Part shown: positions 50,806 to 63,263 of the stretch, piece by piece
How the letters are laid out: every line of letters begins with the position of its first letter
Numbering within the stretch: the stretch's first letter is position 1
Source: Microthyrium microscopicum
Lineage: Eukaryota
Reading direction: 5' to 3'
Assembly (NCBI GenBank): GCA_010405405.1
Contig: MU004244.1
Coordinates: 747,895-811,894 of the forward strand
DNA: 64,000 bases
Notes under the pieces: model-generated
The model's database searches: none
What the model was told of the DNA's origin: nothing
The model's input: the letters and a program-made list of their open reading frames with translations, nothing else
Made by a program: the position numbers and the translations under genes

Positions 50806-52454
50806 TCACGACCCATCGACGTGCGGCTGACCGAGACGCAGCGACAAAAGCGCTCGTACATCAGTAACATACTGCAGTCCCTCAAGTATAGGAATGAGGT
50901 TGAGCAAGTCGTTATCAGTTGGGTCTGAAATCCAGCCCTCGATTGGGACAGCGTTGTCTTGAATTCTAGTTAGAATCCACAAATCAAGCAGGTTAACAGA
51001 ATGCTTACCTTCGTGAAAAACATAGCTCACGGGACTATTATCCACAATCATCACTTTGCTCAGATCCGGTTCGATCAGGACTAGGTCCTTGACGTAGGCG
51101 CCGTTTTTATGCGTGCAGTGCTGTCGATAGTACCTTGCTGAAAAGTACGACTTTTCAAGCTCTAGCCAGTCGATTACCGGATCGGCGTACTCTTGAACGG
51201 AAGCTGTGAATATTACCAGGTTGTACCATTTGGAAACCTGTAGCAAGAAGTTGATCTTAGCTCTCATGATCCTGGCGCAAGTTGCGGTAGTAGACAAACC
51301 TTTCTGAGAAACTCGTCGCAATGTGGTCTCTTGTGTACATAATAGAGAATGGGTATCTGAGGACCAATATATGTGCCACCAACGCCGACTGCATGCTGCA
51401 TTTTTACCTCTACCATATGCCCTTGGGCAAACCGCCCCCCTTTGGAATGACTATGAATTAGCGTTTCATCAAGATCAAGGACGAGTGTTTTCTGGTGCTG
51501 GCCGTGCGATATTGTGTTAGAATACGAGGGATTGCGCCTGGGAATCAAAGGTCGTGGCGGCGCAGGTGTGCGTGGAAATTTGGTGAGCTTGGAGCTTCCT
51601 GGGCTGGAGGGTGATTTTAAGGAAGCCGCGATAGCCTCTTTCGCATCCTCCTTGGTTGGTGGTGGAGTAGTACTCTCCTGTTGCCTTCTTCGCTTGATCA
51701 TTTCATCATTGTGTAGCTTGATTCTTATTGATCTTCTAGCTGGAGATATTTCTTCCCCCGACGCAGACATGGATGATCGAGACCGAGACGTTGTATCGTC
51801 AGTCTGTTGAGGACCTAGCTTCTCATCAAATTCTGAATCAGTCGCAATCGCGGTTGTAGATGAAGCAACCGAAGGAGGGCGCTTTGTTCTCTTTTGTGGA
51901 AGCGGTTTGCTACTGTTGCGATCCCGGCTGCGGCGGCTTGACTCTGACTTTTCGAAATCGCTCATGGGCTCCAGTGGTACCTTCTTTTTACAAGGTTTCA
52001 ACACACGATATACAGTGACGAGAGGAAATAGTGGCGAGAATCGGCCGTCTTCGTCGTAGAACCACGCAATTATATATCGAAAAGGTGCGGCAAGGCTGGT
52101 GACCACCACACGAATAGTGCCAATGAATGCCGAACTCAATCGCTTTGGCAGGGCGCGCCAGCCAGAGGACTTTATGTCGCCGAAATGTCTCGTCTCACCC
52201 AAAAGTGGTGTCTGCTCATTCACATCCATGGGAGGATTAAAAGCTTCAGAAAGAACCGTGTTTTCCTCCGCTCCGACCGAGCCTTCACGTTCCACTTTGA
52301 CCGACAAATGTTCAGCTTCGTCTGTCGTCTCTTGCTTCAAAGTGCGGGATCTGGCGTTTTCTTTTGTCAAATCGGTGGCAGACCCAGATCGCGAACGTGG
52401 TGGAGAGGACGGAGGAGTAGGCGCTATGGTAGAAAGGATATTCAGAGAGTTCAT
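50806..52454 (-). CDS. NEM1: Nuclear-envelope morphology CTD-phosphatase (NIF/FCP1-like HAD), 3 exons
   Basis: MNSLNILS start, hydrophobic membrane segment, KTLVLDLDETLIHS, YYVHKRPHCDEFL, FTASVQEYADPVIDWL, AVPIEGWISDP; introns 51238-51299 and 50958-51008. Confidence 0.92.
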
Positions 52455-53683
52455 GACGCGAGGACAGCCATTCGCAGGAAGTTGAAGGCCGGGAAGAGCG
52501 GTGCCGGGGCCTGAAAGGGTAGTGTACGAAGCGCAGACAGGTACTTGCAGCCCTATTTGGCCATGTGAGAGGAGGCAGTAACCGCAGGTATCACGCGGAA
52601 GACGGCACTTGGAACGGGTGAGGAGGGGCGCACTAGAGCCGAGTGATGCTTAAGACCGTGGGCAATTGAGTTGGCAGAGAGCAGTACTGTAGGCCGTGGT
52701 AGCAATTTCAAGCGCTGGAGGAGATATTGGGATAGAGATGGAATCGAGGACCTGGAGGTTGAGAGAGAGCTTTGGGGTTGGTGATGGTTTGGATGACGGA
52801 GCTGAGCTGGCCAACCAACGCTCGAGGACAGAGCACTCAGCCAATGTTGATTGCTGTACAGCGCTGTAAAGGCTGGCAGCGCACAGGAAGGAGCAATCTG
52901 CCGTCAAATTAAGCGACCCATTGGATGCGCTCTTTTAAAATTCAATATCTCTAAAAGGTATTGAATCAAGACATTGACAAATAAAAACTTTTAAATAGGT
53001 GGCACTTGCTCGTTTGTCAAGTATTCAACGCTTCCGATGGGAGCCAGATCCTTCTTTATTTATCAACTCTTATGACAGATATCGTAGTTACTGGGAACTA
53101 TTTCAACAGATCATGTCTTCTGGCACTTTATCATGAACAAGTTTCCAGTTCTATCACAAACTTGTAACTTATCTCACGCATTCGATGGCAAGTGAAGCAC
53201 TCGAAAATTAGCGATTTAGATGGTGGACATGCCACTTGATGGGACCATCCTTTTGGAAATGGTTCGCTTATTCTGACAACTGAAAAGCGAAATCTGGGGT
53301 TGATCTGAAGTAAAAACTGGATTTCAGGTAAAAGATTGCAATTACCATCGCACTTGATGAATCCCAAAAAATCAATGCATCTAACGGGTTCTAGAGCAGT
53401 TTTTTGATAAGAAATGTTATGGGAGACATTGTAGGCGATGGGAACAAGCGCCTGAACGGCTCGCTTATTTTGACGCCGATATGATGCAGGGGAAGGTGCC
53501 CCGGCTTTGCCAAGACCTACAAACAGTCATCCAAAGTTCGACAAATATAAAAATTTATAACCAATTCATGACTGCCCACCTTTCCCCGGCCTAAAATACC
53601 ACCGCTTCCAAACTCAGATTTGTCCTTCGCCATTACATAACCCATCTGATCACGCAAGACATAGCGCCGAATCACCTCTGATT

Positions 53684-55143
53684 ATGCCTGGCAAGGGCTT
53701 TCGAACGCCTGGCCTGGAGTCGTTCGTCGACAACCTCGATGAATTTAAGCTGGAGCGCTCAACAGAAGTACTCATCCAACTACTCGCTCGTCGACAGATC
53801 TCTGGCTCGAAGAATTGTGCCATCGCAGTTGCAGGATTACTACTTCGCATAGTCCAGGACTCCCCAGCAAACAGTGTCCAAGATCTTCTTGATCAGGTCT
53901 CACAGATTGGACAGCGCCTCATCGCTGCCCAACCTAGAGAGTTGGCAGTGGGAAACATCGTACGCCGTGTTCTAGGACTCATTCGAGAAGTGTCAGGAAT
54001 TGGGCAAGACGATGAAATCCGGAGTGAGCTATCGTCTATGCTTGATGGCCAGGATGGGTTAAATCGACCAGAAATGCTGCACAGCATATCTACCTATAGT
54101 CCCCTACGACATGCAGCTTCAGAATTCACAGGCGCTTCTACTCCGGAATCTCCACAACCCATCAAGCGCCCCAATTTTGCGCAGAGTGGCTACTCTTCAT
54201 TCGCTATGCCTTCGACCAAGACTGCCATGAACCTCTTTGGCCTGCTGGCTGAGCCCAGTTACTCTCCGACTGGTACACCACCAATCACAAACCGCGAATC
54301 GCCTGCCCTCAGCACCAAAAACCTAAACATCATACAAGAGCAGGCAAGCATCAAAGAAACTATCCAAGAGATAGGGGATGGCATGCGGGAGCTTCTGGAT
54401 GAAGTTGACTTAGCTGCCGAACAGATCTCCGAGTCTGCGACCGACTACATCAACAGCAACGACATGATTATGGCTCAAGGTCTCTCTGATACCACCCACA
54501 AGTTCCTCGCTGAAGCCGCTCGAAAGCGCAAATTCACCGTGTTCGTTGTCGAAGGGGAACCAAATGAGGGCCAGGCCACCCGCAATATGATACTCTACGG
54601 ATCAGCCAAATCTCCCAGCGACGACGATGGCCAAGAGGGTACCACAAAAAGACTCGTTGACTTGGGCGTCAACGTCGTTCTTATCCCGGATAGCGCGATC
54701 TTTGCAATCATGTCGACCGTTACCAAGGTCCTTCTTGCTCCGCAAGCCGTACTTGCCAATGGTGGCCTAGTCGCCAATGTAGGCACCAGCATGATCGCGG
54801 CTGCCGCACAGGCACATAAGGTTCCCGTTTTGGCACTAAGCGGTGTCTACAAACTGAGTCCTCTCTACCCACTCGATACAGACGAACTACGCGAAATAGG
54901 AAGCGCGAGTGGTCTAGGCGGTAGCGTAGGAAGCTGGGGGAAGGTGAACGTGATGAACCCAATGTGGGATTACGTGGAGCCTGAAAAAGTGAATTTATAT
55001 ATCACGAATCTGTAAGCACCATTTCCATTTTGGGAAGGCAAGACTAACACAAGTATAGCGGAGGACATGCGCCTTCATATCTTTACCGCATCGTGGCAGA
55101 CCATTATGACAAAGAGGACATCAATCTGGGAACAGACATGTGA
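53684..55143 (+). CDS. GCD7: Translation initiation factor eIF2B beta subunit (2 exons)
   Basis: LARRQISGS, AAQPRELAVGNIVRRVLGLIRE, IPDSAIFAIMS.V.KV, GVYKLSPLYP, DYV.PE.V.LYITN|LGGHAPSYLYRIVADHY. Confidence 0.93.
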
Positions 55144-55527
55144 TTCGATGGCCAGAATAAGAGTCGATAAAACTGAATAGTCGACGCAAAAACATATGAT
55201 ATGATGGCTGCCCGCCAGAGTCGATAATACTTTAAGAGTTGATGGGCGACATGTGATGCGATAGGAGAAGTGCAGTTTTACGACCAAGATCTGGTGAAGG
55301 AGAAAACGACAGAAACGCGAGGAAATGACCATCCCGCTTTGCATTATAGATCATGATACCCAATTGTTTTAGCAAAAAGACAGCTGGCAAACGCCGCCGT
55401 CCACAATTCATTCATTCATACCAACAATCCAGCGCTAATTCGCTATGCAAAATCGCAATTCCATGCTACCAACGCTATGACAAACAAATCTATGTATGAG
55501 TATTCCCGAACAACAAAATGCCAAACC

Positions 55528-57399
55528 TCACGACTTCTCCATCCACTCCAGATCATCCAAAGCTGCTTTACCCGCCAACTGCCCATTGCCCACCCAAAAC
55601 GCAACGCCCAGCCCCAGCGGCACGGCAATCAAAATCGTCCAAAACGCTGCTCCCGCCCACTTGCGTCCACCCGCTGAACAAGGCACTGCCGTATCAACTT
55701 GCACGGCCGGCTCATCCTTTAGCGAAAACACATTATTGAACAGACTCTCCAGTCCAGTTTCCGCCTCGGGAACCTGAATCCTCGGATTCCGCATCTCCAT
55801 CTCACGCCCGCGTGACTCCGCTGGCAATAACCCGCCCTTCCCGCCAAGTCCAAACGCTTGCGCAAACTGCGTCCGCGTCTCCTCTGGCGCCCTTGCAAAC
55901 TTTGCTTGCGCTCTCGGTCTCACTGCCGCATGCGCTGGATGGACTGGCGCAGGAGGTAGATCGAAGTTGAATGCTGAGAAACTATTGCGTGTCGGCGTGC
56001 TTGCGTCCTCTTGAGGATGCCGTGGCTGGACTGCCTGGCGCGGCGTGAAGGTTGGTGTGGTGGGTGACCAGTCCATCTCGGAGCCTGTGTCGCCGCTGTC
56101 GGACAGCCGATTGCGATCGAAGAGCGAGGTGAGGGATGTGGAGATTACGGATGGTTGGCGGGCGGAGCGCGCGTGTTGCGGAGTGGTGGGCGCAAGGGCG
56201 GAAAGGGGAAATCCTGAGTTAGGTGCTTGAGGAGAGGCGCCGGAGGGGAAGAAGTTGGTGTCTTCGAGTGTAAGGGGGGCAGCGCCGGTGGCTTCGACAC
56301 GTTGGAGCTTGTAATCGCCTATGACAGGACGTTTTTGGAATTTGACGACGGTCATAGAGGATAGGGTGCACTGTGTGCTGTTAGCAATTGGAGTGGAATA
56401 AAAATAGAGAGAACTTACCACGATGGTGAAGACTATCATAAAACCATGGATGGCATGAGGGGGAAGACTTGTTGAAGCATTTGGATCTTTCAAAAACCAG
56501 AACGCGCACGCTCTCGCTCCGAGAAATAGTACCTGTAGAAAATAATAGTCGTTGAGATTTGTAAGACGACCTTGCCCAGTAGCTGATCCAGATATCTTGT
56601 TGTTCCACCATATAGACAAGAGGCCAGCCAGCAGAAAGTACTGAAGCACATCCGTCATCTCAGAGTAGCATGACATTCCTGTTTGTTGCGCTACGAATGC
56701 AGAGGCAACGCACGAAGGAAAAGAAAGCCTCGAATCAATCGTATTGTCAACTATGATGCCAAGTCCGTGCCAGATCAACTGGCCGAGAATACTGATCCAC
56801 CATGCCAGTGCGCCAGCCAATATTACTAGATCTTTAGCATTGCTCCGACCGTATATCATAGCCTGTCCGTTCCTGGTTCTTTCTAGGGACAGTTTGAGGT
56901 TTTCAGTTCGCGCTAAATAGGTCATGCTCTCTAATCGATTGTTGACCAGCCGTACGCAATTCGGACAGACTTGGGGATATCGTTCCTCGAGTTGCTTGCG
57001 GTATGTAGGTAAGTTCGCTTCGTATTCGCGATATTTGGGATCAGACGGATCTGGGAGATAGGTGGCAAGGGCTTGAAGTTGAAAGTTCTGGTTCTTTTGA
57101 CACGTTGGACAGAAAATGTTGTCGGAGGCGGAAGACAGGTCGGGGGAAATGGATCTCGACTGCTCTACAGCATATTGCTGAGGTCTATCAGGAGATGCTG
57201 AGGCTGGCACATCTGTGATGTCGCCATTCTAAAGAAAGGTCAGAAAAGCATAGAAAGTAGACGAGAAACTCACCTCGTCTAAGTAGTTGACAGCGTCGCA
57301 TTCTGCACAGCGAAACTGGCGAATAGATGGATGACGGTTCTGGGAAGACTTGTGGCCGCAGTAGAAGCATACGAGCTTTCGACGCAAGAGATAAGGCAT
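55528..57399 (-). CDS. IMA1: Integral inner nuclear membrane protein Ima1 (Samp1/TMEM201 family), 3 exons
   Basis: Exon 1 MPYLLRRKLVCFYCG...FRCAECDAVNYLDE|NGDITD, then FCPTCQKNQ, YLPD..DP.Y..YE, LEERYPQVC.NC; TM helices; ETGLESLFN..FSL.DEP. Confidence 0.92.
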
Positions 57400-57901
57400 T
57401 GTTTATGCTATACAGAAAACATTCTGCAGTGGAGGTGGTGGTGAGAAAAAGGGCAAGGCTCAATTACTAAATAAGTTGGCCAGAGTGTTGTCGCTGTTAT
57501 GGACAAGTTCTCGAGTGTCGCAACTTTTAAGTTGTTGATGTTTTTGAGGCGGCCACCCGGACCTAACCGGATTTAAATTAGCCCCAACCCACCTCAGGCA
57601 AGAAGGCCTCTCACATTTCCAGGCTAGGAACATTTCAATGCCATCAAAATCTTGACATCTCAATTGCTCCTTGATACATCTACTTCGATTCAAAATCTTC
57701 TGGTCACTGTTGCTTTTGTAGCCATTGGATCCGCTTAGAAATCATCCAAGTGATATCCCAAGTGATCCATACATCTTTTTCAGCCGTTCGCTGGCCTTAA
57801 ATCTCCTCCATATCGCCTGCGTCCTCCATGGACTCGATCATTCCTCAACGCGCTCAAGCTTTATAACATCCCTACTGCCTACAAGGCGACACTAGATTGC
57901 C

Positions 57902-59241
57902 ATGGAAAGCATACTACGGCGCAGCGCGCGGGCCATCAAGAAACGCGATGTGTACAAGCAAACGCGCATTGAGAACCTCGAATATAGCGCCAAACAACTC
58001 GCAGCAAAAGCGCTTCGTGAACGACGGCAAAAACTTCAAGAGTATGCCAGATATGCCCCCGATGCAGAAAGAAAGGCATTTTGGCTAGGCGGAAGCACGC
58101 CGTATCAAGGTCTTGGGTACAAAACTCCACCCAAGAGCATGTCTCATACTTACACCGACTTCCCCGACAATATACGCGAAAATCCTGATTACAAGTGGGA
58201 TTTGGGTGACGTGAAAATCATACCTGGCTACTTTCGAAAAGGAGATCGGGTTGTGGTCATCTCTGGTCCAGATAAGGGATTAATTGATACAATAGATGCT
58301 GCTGATAATGACAAGCAAACCGTGCTGTTGTTGAGGCTCAACAGGGTACAGTCCTGACTCCTTTGAATATTGCTTGCTTGTTACTAACTTAACTGGAACA
58401 GATGTATGTATCATATTCGGCCGAAGTCCAGAAGTTATACAAAGAAAAAGTAGGGGAGATGTATGACATGCAGTTACCAGTACAGTACAAAGATATCAGG
58501 CTCGTACACCGACTTGGCAATCGGGACGTCATTGTGGGAAAAATGCTGGTTAGGAAATGCGACGACGGAGAGGGAGGTGTGGCATATCAGAGGTTTATAC
58601 CTGGCACTTATGAAGATCTGGACGCTGCCAACCCGATCGATTATGCAAAGAAAAGACTGGATGAGGACTCTCAGCGGCGCAAACCGGAAATGCTCCCGTC
58701 GGATACGTGGTTAACACAGGCCAACGAAGTCAGCTGGTCACCATCATTGGATCATCTCCCTATGCCAGAAAGTGTGGTTGACGAGATCATCACGCCCTTT
58801 TCAAGACTCAACCCCAATATCGATGATGCGTTGGTAGAGAAAACCATGGCCAAGGAGGCAATCAAGGAGCTCAAACAGCGAGCGGTCAAGGTCATGGTCA
58901 GCTCGCCTGCCAAGGAAGTGTACAATCGCAGACTAGAAGCTGCTCGCTTGGCTAGAGAAGAAGCAGGGCCGAGTGAAGAGGTTCTCTCAATTCTAGGACA
59001 GGCTATGGCAAAGAATTTCAAGGCGACTGGACGTCAACCCGTACCGATAGAATCTAGACGCTCATCTGGAAAACGACGCGAATCAGACAAGGCCACTGTT
59101 CCCATCAAAATCAGATCCTCGAATAGAGAATCATCTGGAAAACCATCGCTACGATCAAAGGCGCCTCTACCAAAGTACAAGTGGCCCACAGTACCAAAGA
59201 AGTCTATACGCGCCAGAAGGTTGGCACAAAACTCCGAATAA
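57902..59241 (+). CDS. MRPL40: Mitochondrial ribosomal protein uL24m (KOW motif), 2 exons
   Basis: Basic N-terminus; FRKGDRVVVISGPDKG KOW motif; PVQYKDIRLV, RFIPGT, DT....A.EVSW.PSL...PMPESVVDE; intron 58346-58401. Confidence 0.78.
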
Positions 59242-59596
59242 ATGTATATATTATCTTCGCACTCCCAGCTACGCAGGCCTACGATGCGATGCATTCGCAC
59301 TCTATACACCACGTCAACTGTAATATAGAACATGTTTTGATACCAACTTCTTCCATCAACTACTTTACCTAGGTAGCTACGCGGCTTTCGCCTGTAAGTC
59401 TTTCAGAAGAGCCTCAATCGAGAAATCAAAATTTCCGTGGGTACGCGGAGTAAATAATAGTATAGCATAACGTGATGTATCTAGCTGATCAGTTTGAGCT
59501 TAATAAGGCATATCGTTCGACATAATGAGCTCTTGACAAACATGTTGTAATTGCGAGATTAAGCACAGCTACAATGCGATACCTTTTTGAACCATG

Positions 59597-62506
59597 TCAA
59601 AGGCCTTTCGCTGCAAGATTCGAGTCCTCTTGTGATGAATTTCTTTCAGAAAAGTTTATGCAGAGCCCACAGCCTGTACCTTCATCACAAAGCGGCCCGT
59701 CTCCATTAGGATGCTTTTGACACATCCAATTCCTAGGACAGTGACTATCCGCGTGGCAAGCCATCGAGGTCATTGCGCAGACTCCGCTGACGTCGAAAAC
59801 AACCAGGCCGTCTCGCCTTGGTGCCATTACACATTGCTGAGATGCCGGGCAAAGCATCTGAGCGCCAGCTGGAGTTCGCATATTGCATCTTGATCCCACA
59901 CACTGGCCATTGACGCAAGCTTGGCTCCCCGGACACGAGTTTTCCTGCGCACAGGATATTACGTTTGGTCGTTTGGAGTCTTTTGTAGACTGGGTAGATG
60001 GTGGCATCTTCTTGGCCGAAGTAGGTGGAGGTCTAGGCTCTGACTATATTGATGTTAGCATCTTCTCTTATCTAATATGCCAGAAACGAGCTTAGAGAAA
60101 CATTAAACCAGCAAAGAGAGGCAAGTGGAAAAAAATGAGAGCGCCAGACAAAAGCCATCAATGAAATCTAAAGATGAAAAGTAAAGATAAAAGTAAAGAC
60201 TGTCTATGCTAAACTGACATATATGCTGACTGAAAACAAAAAAAAAACGAAAAGGAATGTCGCTGAATACAATATGCTACGCTTCATGCTGAAATGCAAA
60301 CAAAAAATCAATGCAAGTCACTCACTCGCTTGAGACAATGACACTTTTGAAGAGACTCTTAAACACTGACCTCTATCTCTCCTCTCTTCTCCTTAGGAAG
60401 GCGCAGCTTGCAAACTCCGTCACAAGCACCGGTTGGACACAAATTGACGGTGGGCTGCTTGTGGCACATATAGCCAGATGGGCACTTCAAAGTGCCATTG
60501 GTAGTGCACGGCTCGACCCTGCGGGCTGAAATCGAGCGTTCTGGAAGGCCTGGCAGGGCTTGTTTTGAGTGCTTCACACACTTTCCACAGACTCTTCCGG
60601 GTGGGCATATTGCATTGGCGTCTGGGACGCAGGCAAAGCCCATTGAGCAATGTTCCCTACAGATAGCCGCTGGTGGGCTGATGTCTGAAGTGGAGCGTGT
60701 AGTAATAGCCGAGTCTTTGGCGCACCTTCCTCCCATATGGCCTACTGGTGTAGTTGGGAACAGTTCACAGTGATAGCCTTGTTGACATTTAGGATATCTT
60801 GGAAGGCCACATTCAGGTGCTGGGACGTTGACATCGGCGGTAGATCGAGCAAAGATTTCCGGTTCTTTAGTGCACACGCCTCCGAGTTTGCCTGTTGGTC
60901 TAGATGGGAACAGTCGGCAGTAAAAACCTTGCTGACATTTGGGGAGTTCGTGGAGGCCACAATCGGCAGCCGGTTGAACATCGACGTCGGCGGTTGATCG
61001 AGCCTTCATCAGCCGTGGTCGACACACACCCATACAAGGAGCAAAGCCTTCAAGTGGAACACAGCTTTCGTGAGGTCTGTTTTGACATGTGGTGCCAGGT
61101 CCGCACTGGTTGGGTTTCCCCATCTGGCATGAGATTGGACCTGCACTGACATCGGATGTCGATCGGGAAGCCATGATGTGGGCATCGGCCTTCTTGCACA
61201 CACCATTATAACAAGGAGCTTGTACGCAAACCAGTTGAGGGTTCTCCTGGCAGATATTACCAGCTCCACACTCGTTGGGTCTTCCGGGAACGCATGTCTT
61301 GATCGGTGGAACGCTTACATCGGTTGGTGATCGGGGAATCATAGTATGGGCATCTGCCTTCTTGCACATACCATCATTGCAAGGCCCAACGAGATTACAG
61401 CTTCTGCCTGGTATTCTCTCACATATAAAGCCTGCTCCACACTCATTGACGTGACTGGGAGTGCATTCTTTGTACGCCAGAGCACTGGCATCGGAAATGG
61501 ATCGAGGGATCATCATGCCATCAGGCTTCTTTTTGCAGATACCCATACAAGGCCCCGTGAGAGACTTGATGCAGTGATCGCCTTCTCTGAGTTGGCAGAC
61601 ATGGCCAATTCCACAGTCATTGGGTTTGCCGATAGTGCATGGTACTATGCCTGAGTTGATATCACGAGTCGTGATGTGAGCATCTGGAACCTTCTGGCAA
61701 CTCTTCCCTCTGGCCCCGGCTTTATAGAGACATTCGAATCCAGGTTTGCAACCTTCAGCTGGACATTCTGATGTAGGAGGTGGAATTCTGGGATCAGAAG
61801 TAGAACGACTGGTGAGCCCGACTGTTTTGTGGGGGTAATTATGCTCCATGACACAAATGCCTCCACAGTCAGCTTCAGGTCCACATGAGGCGCCGGGCCG
61901 TTTTTGGCAAAAGAGGCCAGTTCCGCAACCAGCAGATCCTCGAGTGCCGCATTCCCAGACTAATGCTTCTGCACTGCGGGTAGTGATGGTTGAATTGATT
62001 GACTTATCCGGAGTGTAACAGGTCGGATGACGACGACGGCCTGAGCCAGTAAGCACACATTCTTGTCCCTTTTTGCATAGTTCGTGTCCACATTGAAATG
62101 TGTCCCCTGCGAGGGGGTTCTTCACGGGCGTGTCGTCGGCAACAGAGCGGGCTTGAATAGGCGCAGTGTTTTCAACACATCTGTAAGGGAATAGCGATTC
62201 TCCAGCACTTATTTTGCACTTCTTGCCAGCTGGGCATATGCCTTCTGTTTGTCCGCATAGAGGTCGCTCTGCTACAACAAGAGGCACGGTAATGGGCTCA
62301 ACAGCACGAGGAATGGCCTGGCTGTAGATTTTCTGCGCGCAGTGATCTTCCTTGCCAGTGCCCGGGACGTATCTAGCGCATTCGTATCCATCTGGGCATT
62401 CGACTTGATTTTTGCCGCATTTGGGTTTTGTTGGTTTAGTGTTATGTGGATCGTCGGCGAGAGTGAAGGATACACTGGCAAGCAGCGTGATGAGGATGAG
62501 CTTCAT
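59597..62506 (-). CDS. Secreted multi-module cysteine-rich repeat protein (~860 aa if spliced, 715 aa if unspliced); putative Kex2-processed polyprotein
   Basis: Signal peptide MKLILITLLASVSFTLA; 13 Cys modules in ORF 60359-62506. A phase-0 intron 60044-60370 (GAG|GTCAGT ... GCTAAC..ATATAG|TCA) joins it in frame to ORF 59597-60007, which has 3 more modules. Confidence 0.85.
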
Positions 62507-63263
62507 GATGGAGTGAGTTGAGAGGTTTGTTTGATGTTCATAATTACAATACGAAGATGCGGCGTGGTAAATATATGATTGTCTGCTCCATAGTACCTGT
62601 GGAACGGTAAGCTGTAGAACTCAGATCTGCTTGGGGGCCAATGATCGGATGTGACAGCCTTGTTATTTTGAGCCATTGGGGATTTGATCCAATCCTGACC
62701 GATCCAGATCAGCCAGTGATGGAGCAGGAATGGATTCCAGATCTTGTTAGGAGCATTTTTTCGAGCTTGATTTGGTAACTAGAATATTGTAGGATAGTGC
62801 AATGCGCTGTAGATGGTGGGAACAATTTGGGACGCTCTGTGGTTGAAGATCAGCATATTTTTAGGTTTAGTTTGACAGAATAAAATGTCTGAGGGTAATA
62901 TAAGACTGTTGCTCCTGTGGGTCAGATCCTACGATGATATAAATGCTTCCTTGGCTACCAAGGAGTGCAATCCCAGGGCATATTTCACCACCATAATTTC
63001 CAGATTTAGGTCTTTACCACGTGGTAAAGAACCAGATGAGCATCACCCTTCCTACCATTTGATTGGCGTGGATTTCTTCTGGATGGGGTATAAAAACTCC
63101 AGCCTCAGCCAGGTATTCCTACTTGGCATTCGCGCAGTTAATAGAAACATGAATCCAACTTACACGTGCATTGTACAACCCATCCAGTTTCAGTATGCTG
63201 CTGTTCGTACAATCCAGCCGCTCCTTTCCAGATGCCCACAGCTATGATTATCTTTAATGATGC

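Noticed and set aside
57188..57463. 91-aa ORF proposed as the IMA1 N-terminus
   Set aside because: Wrong frame; the Cys-motif-bearing exon 1 starts at ATG 57399 in another frame.
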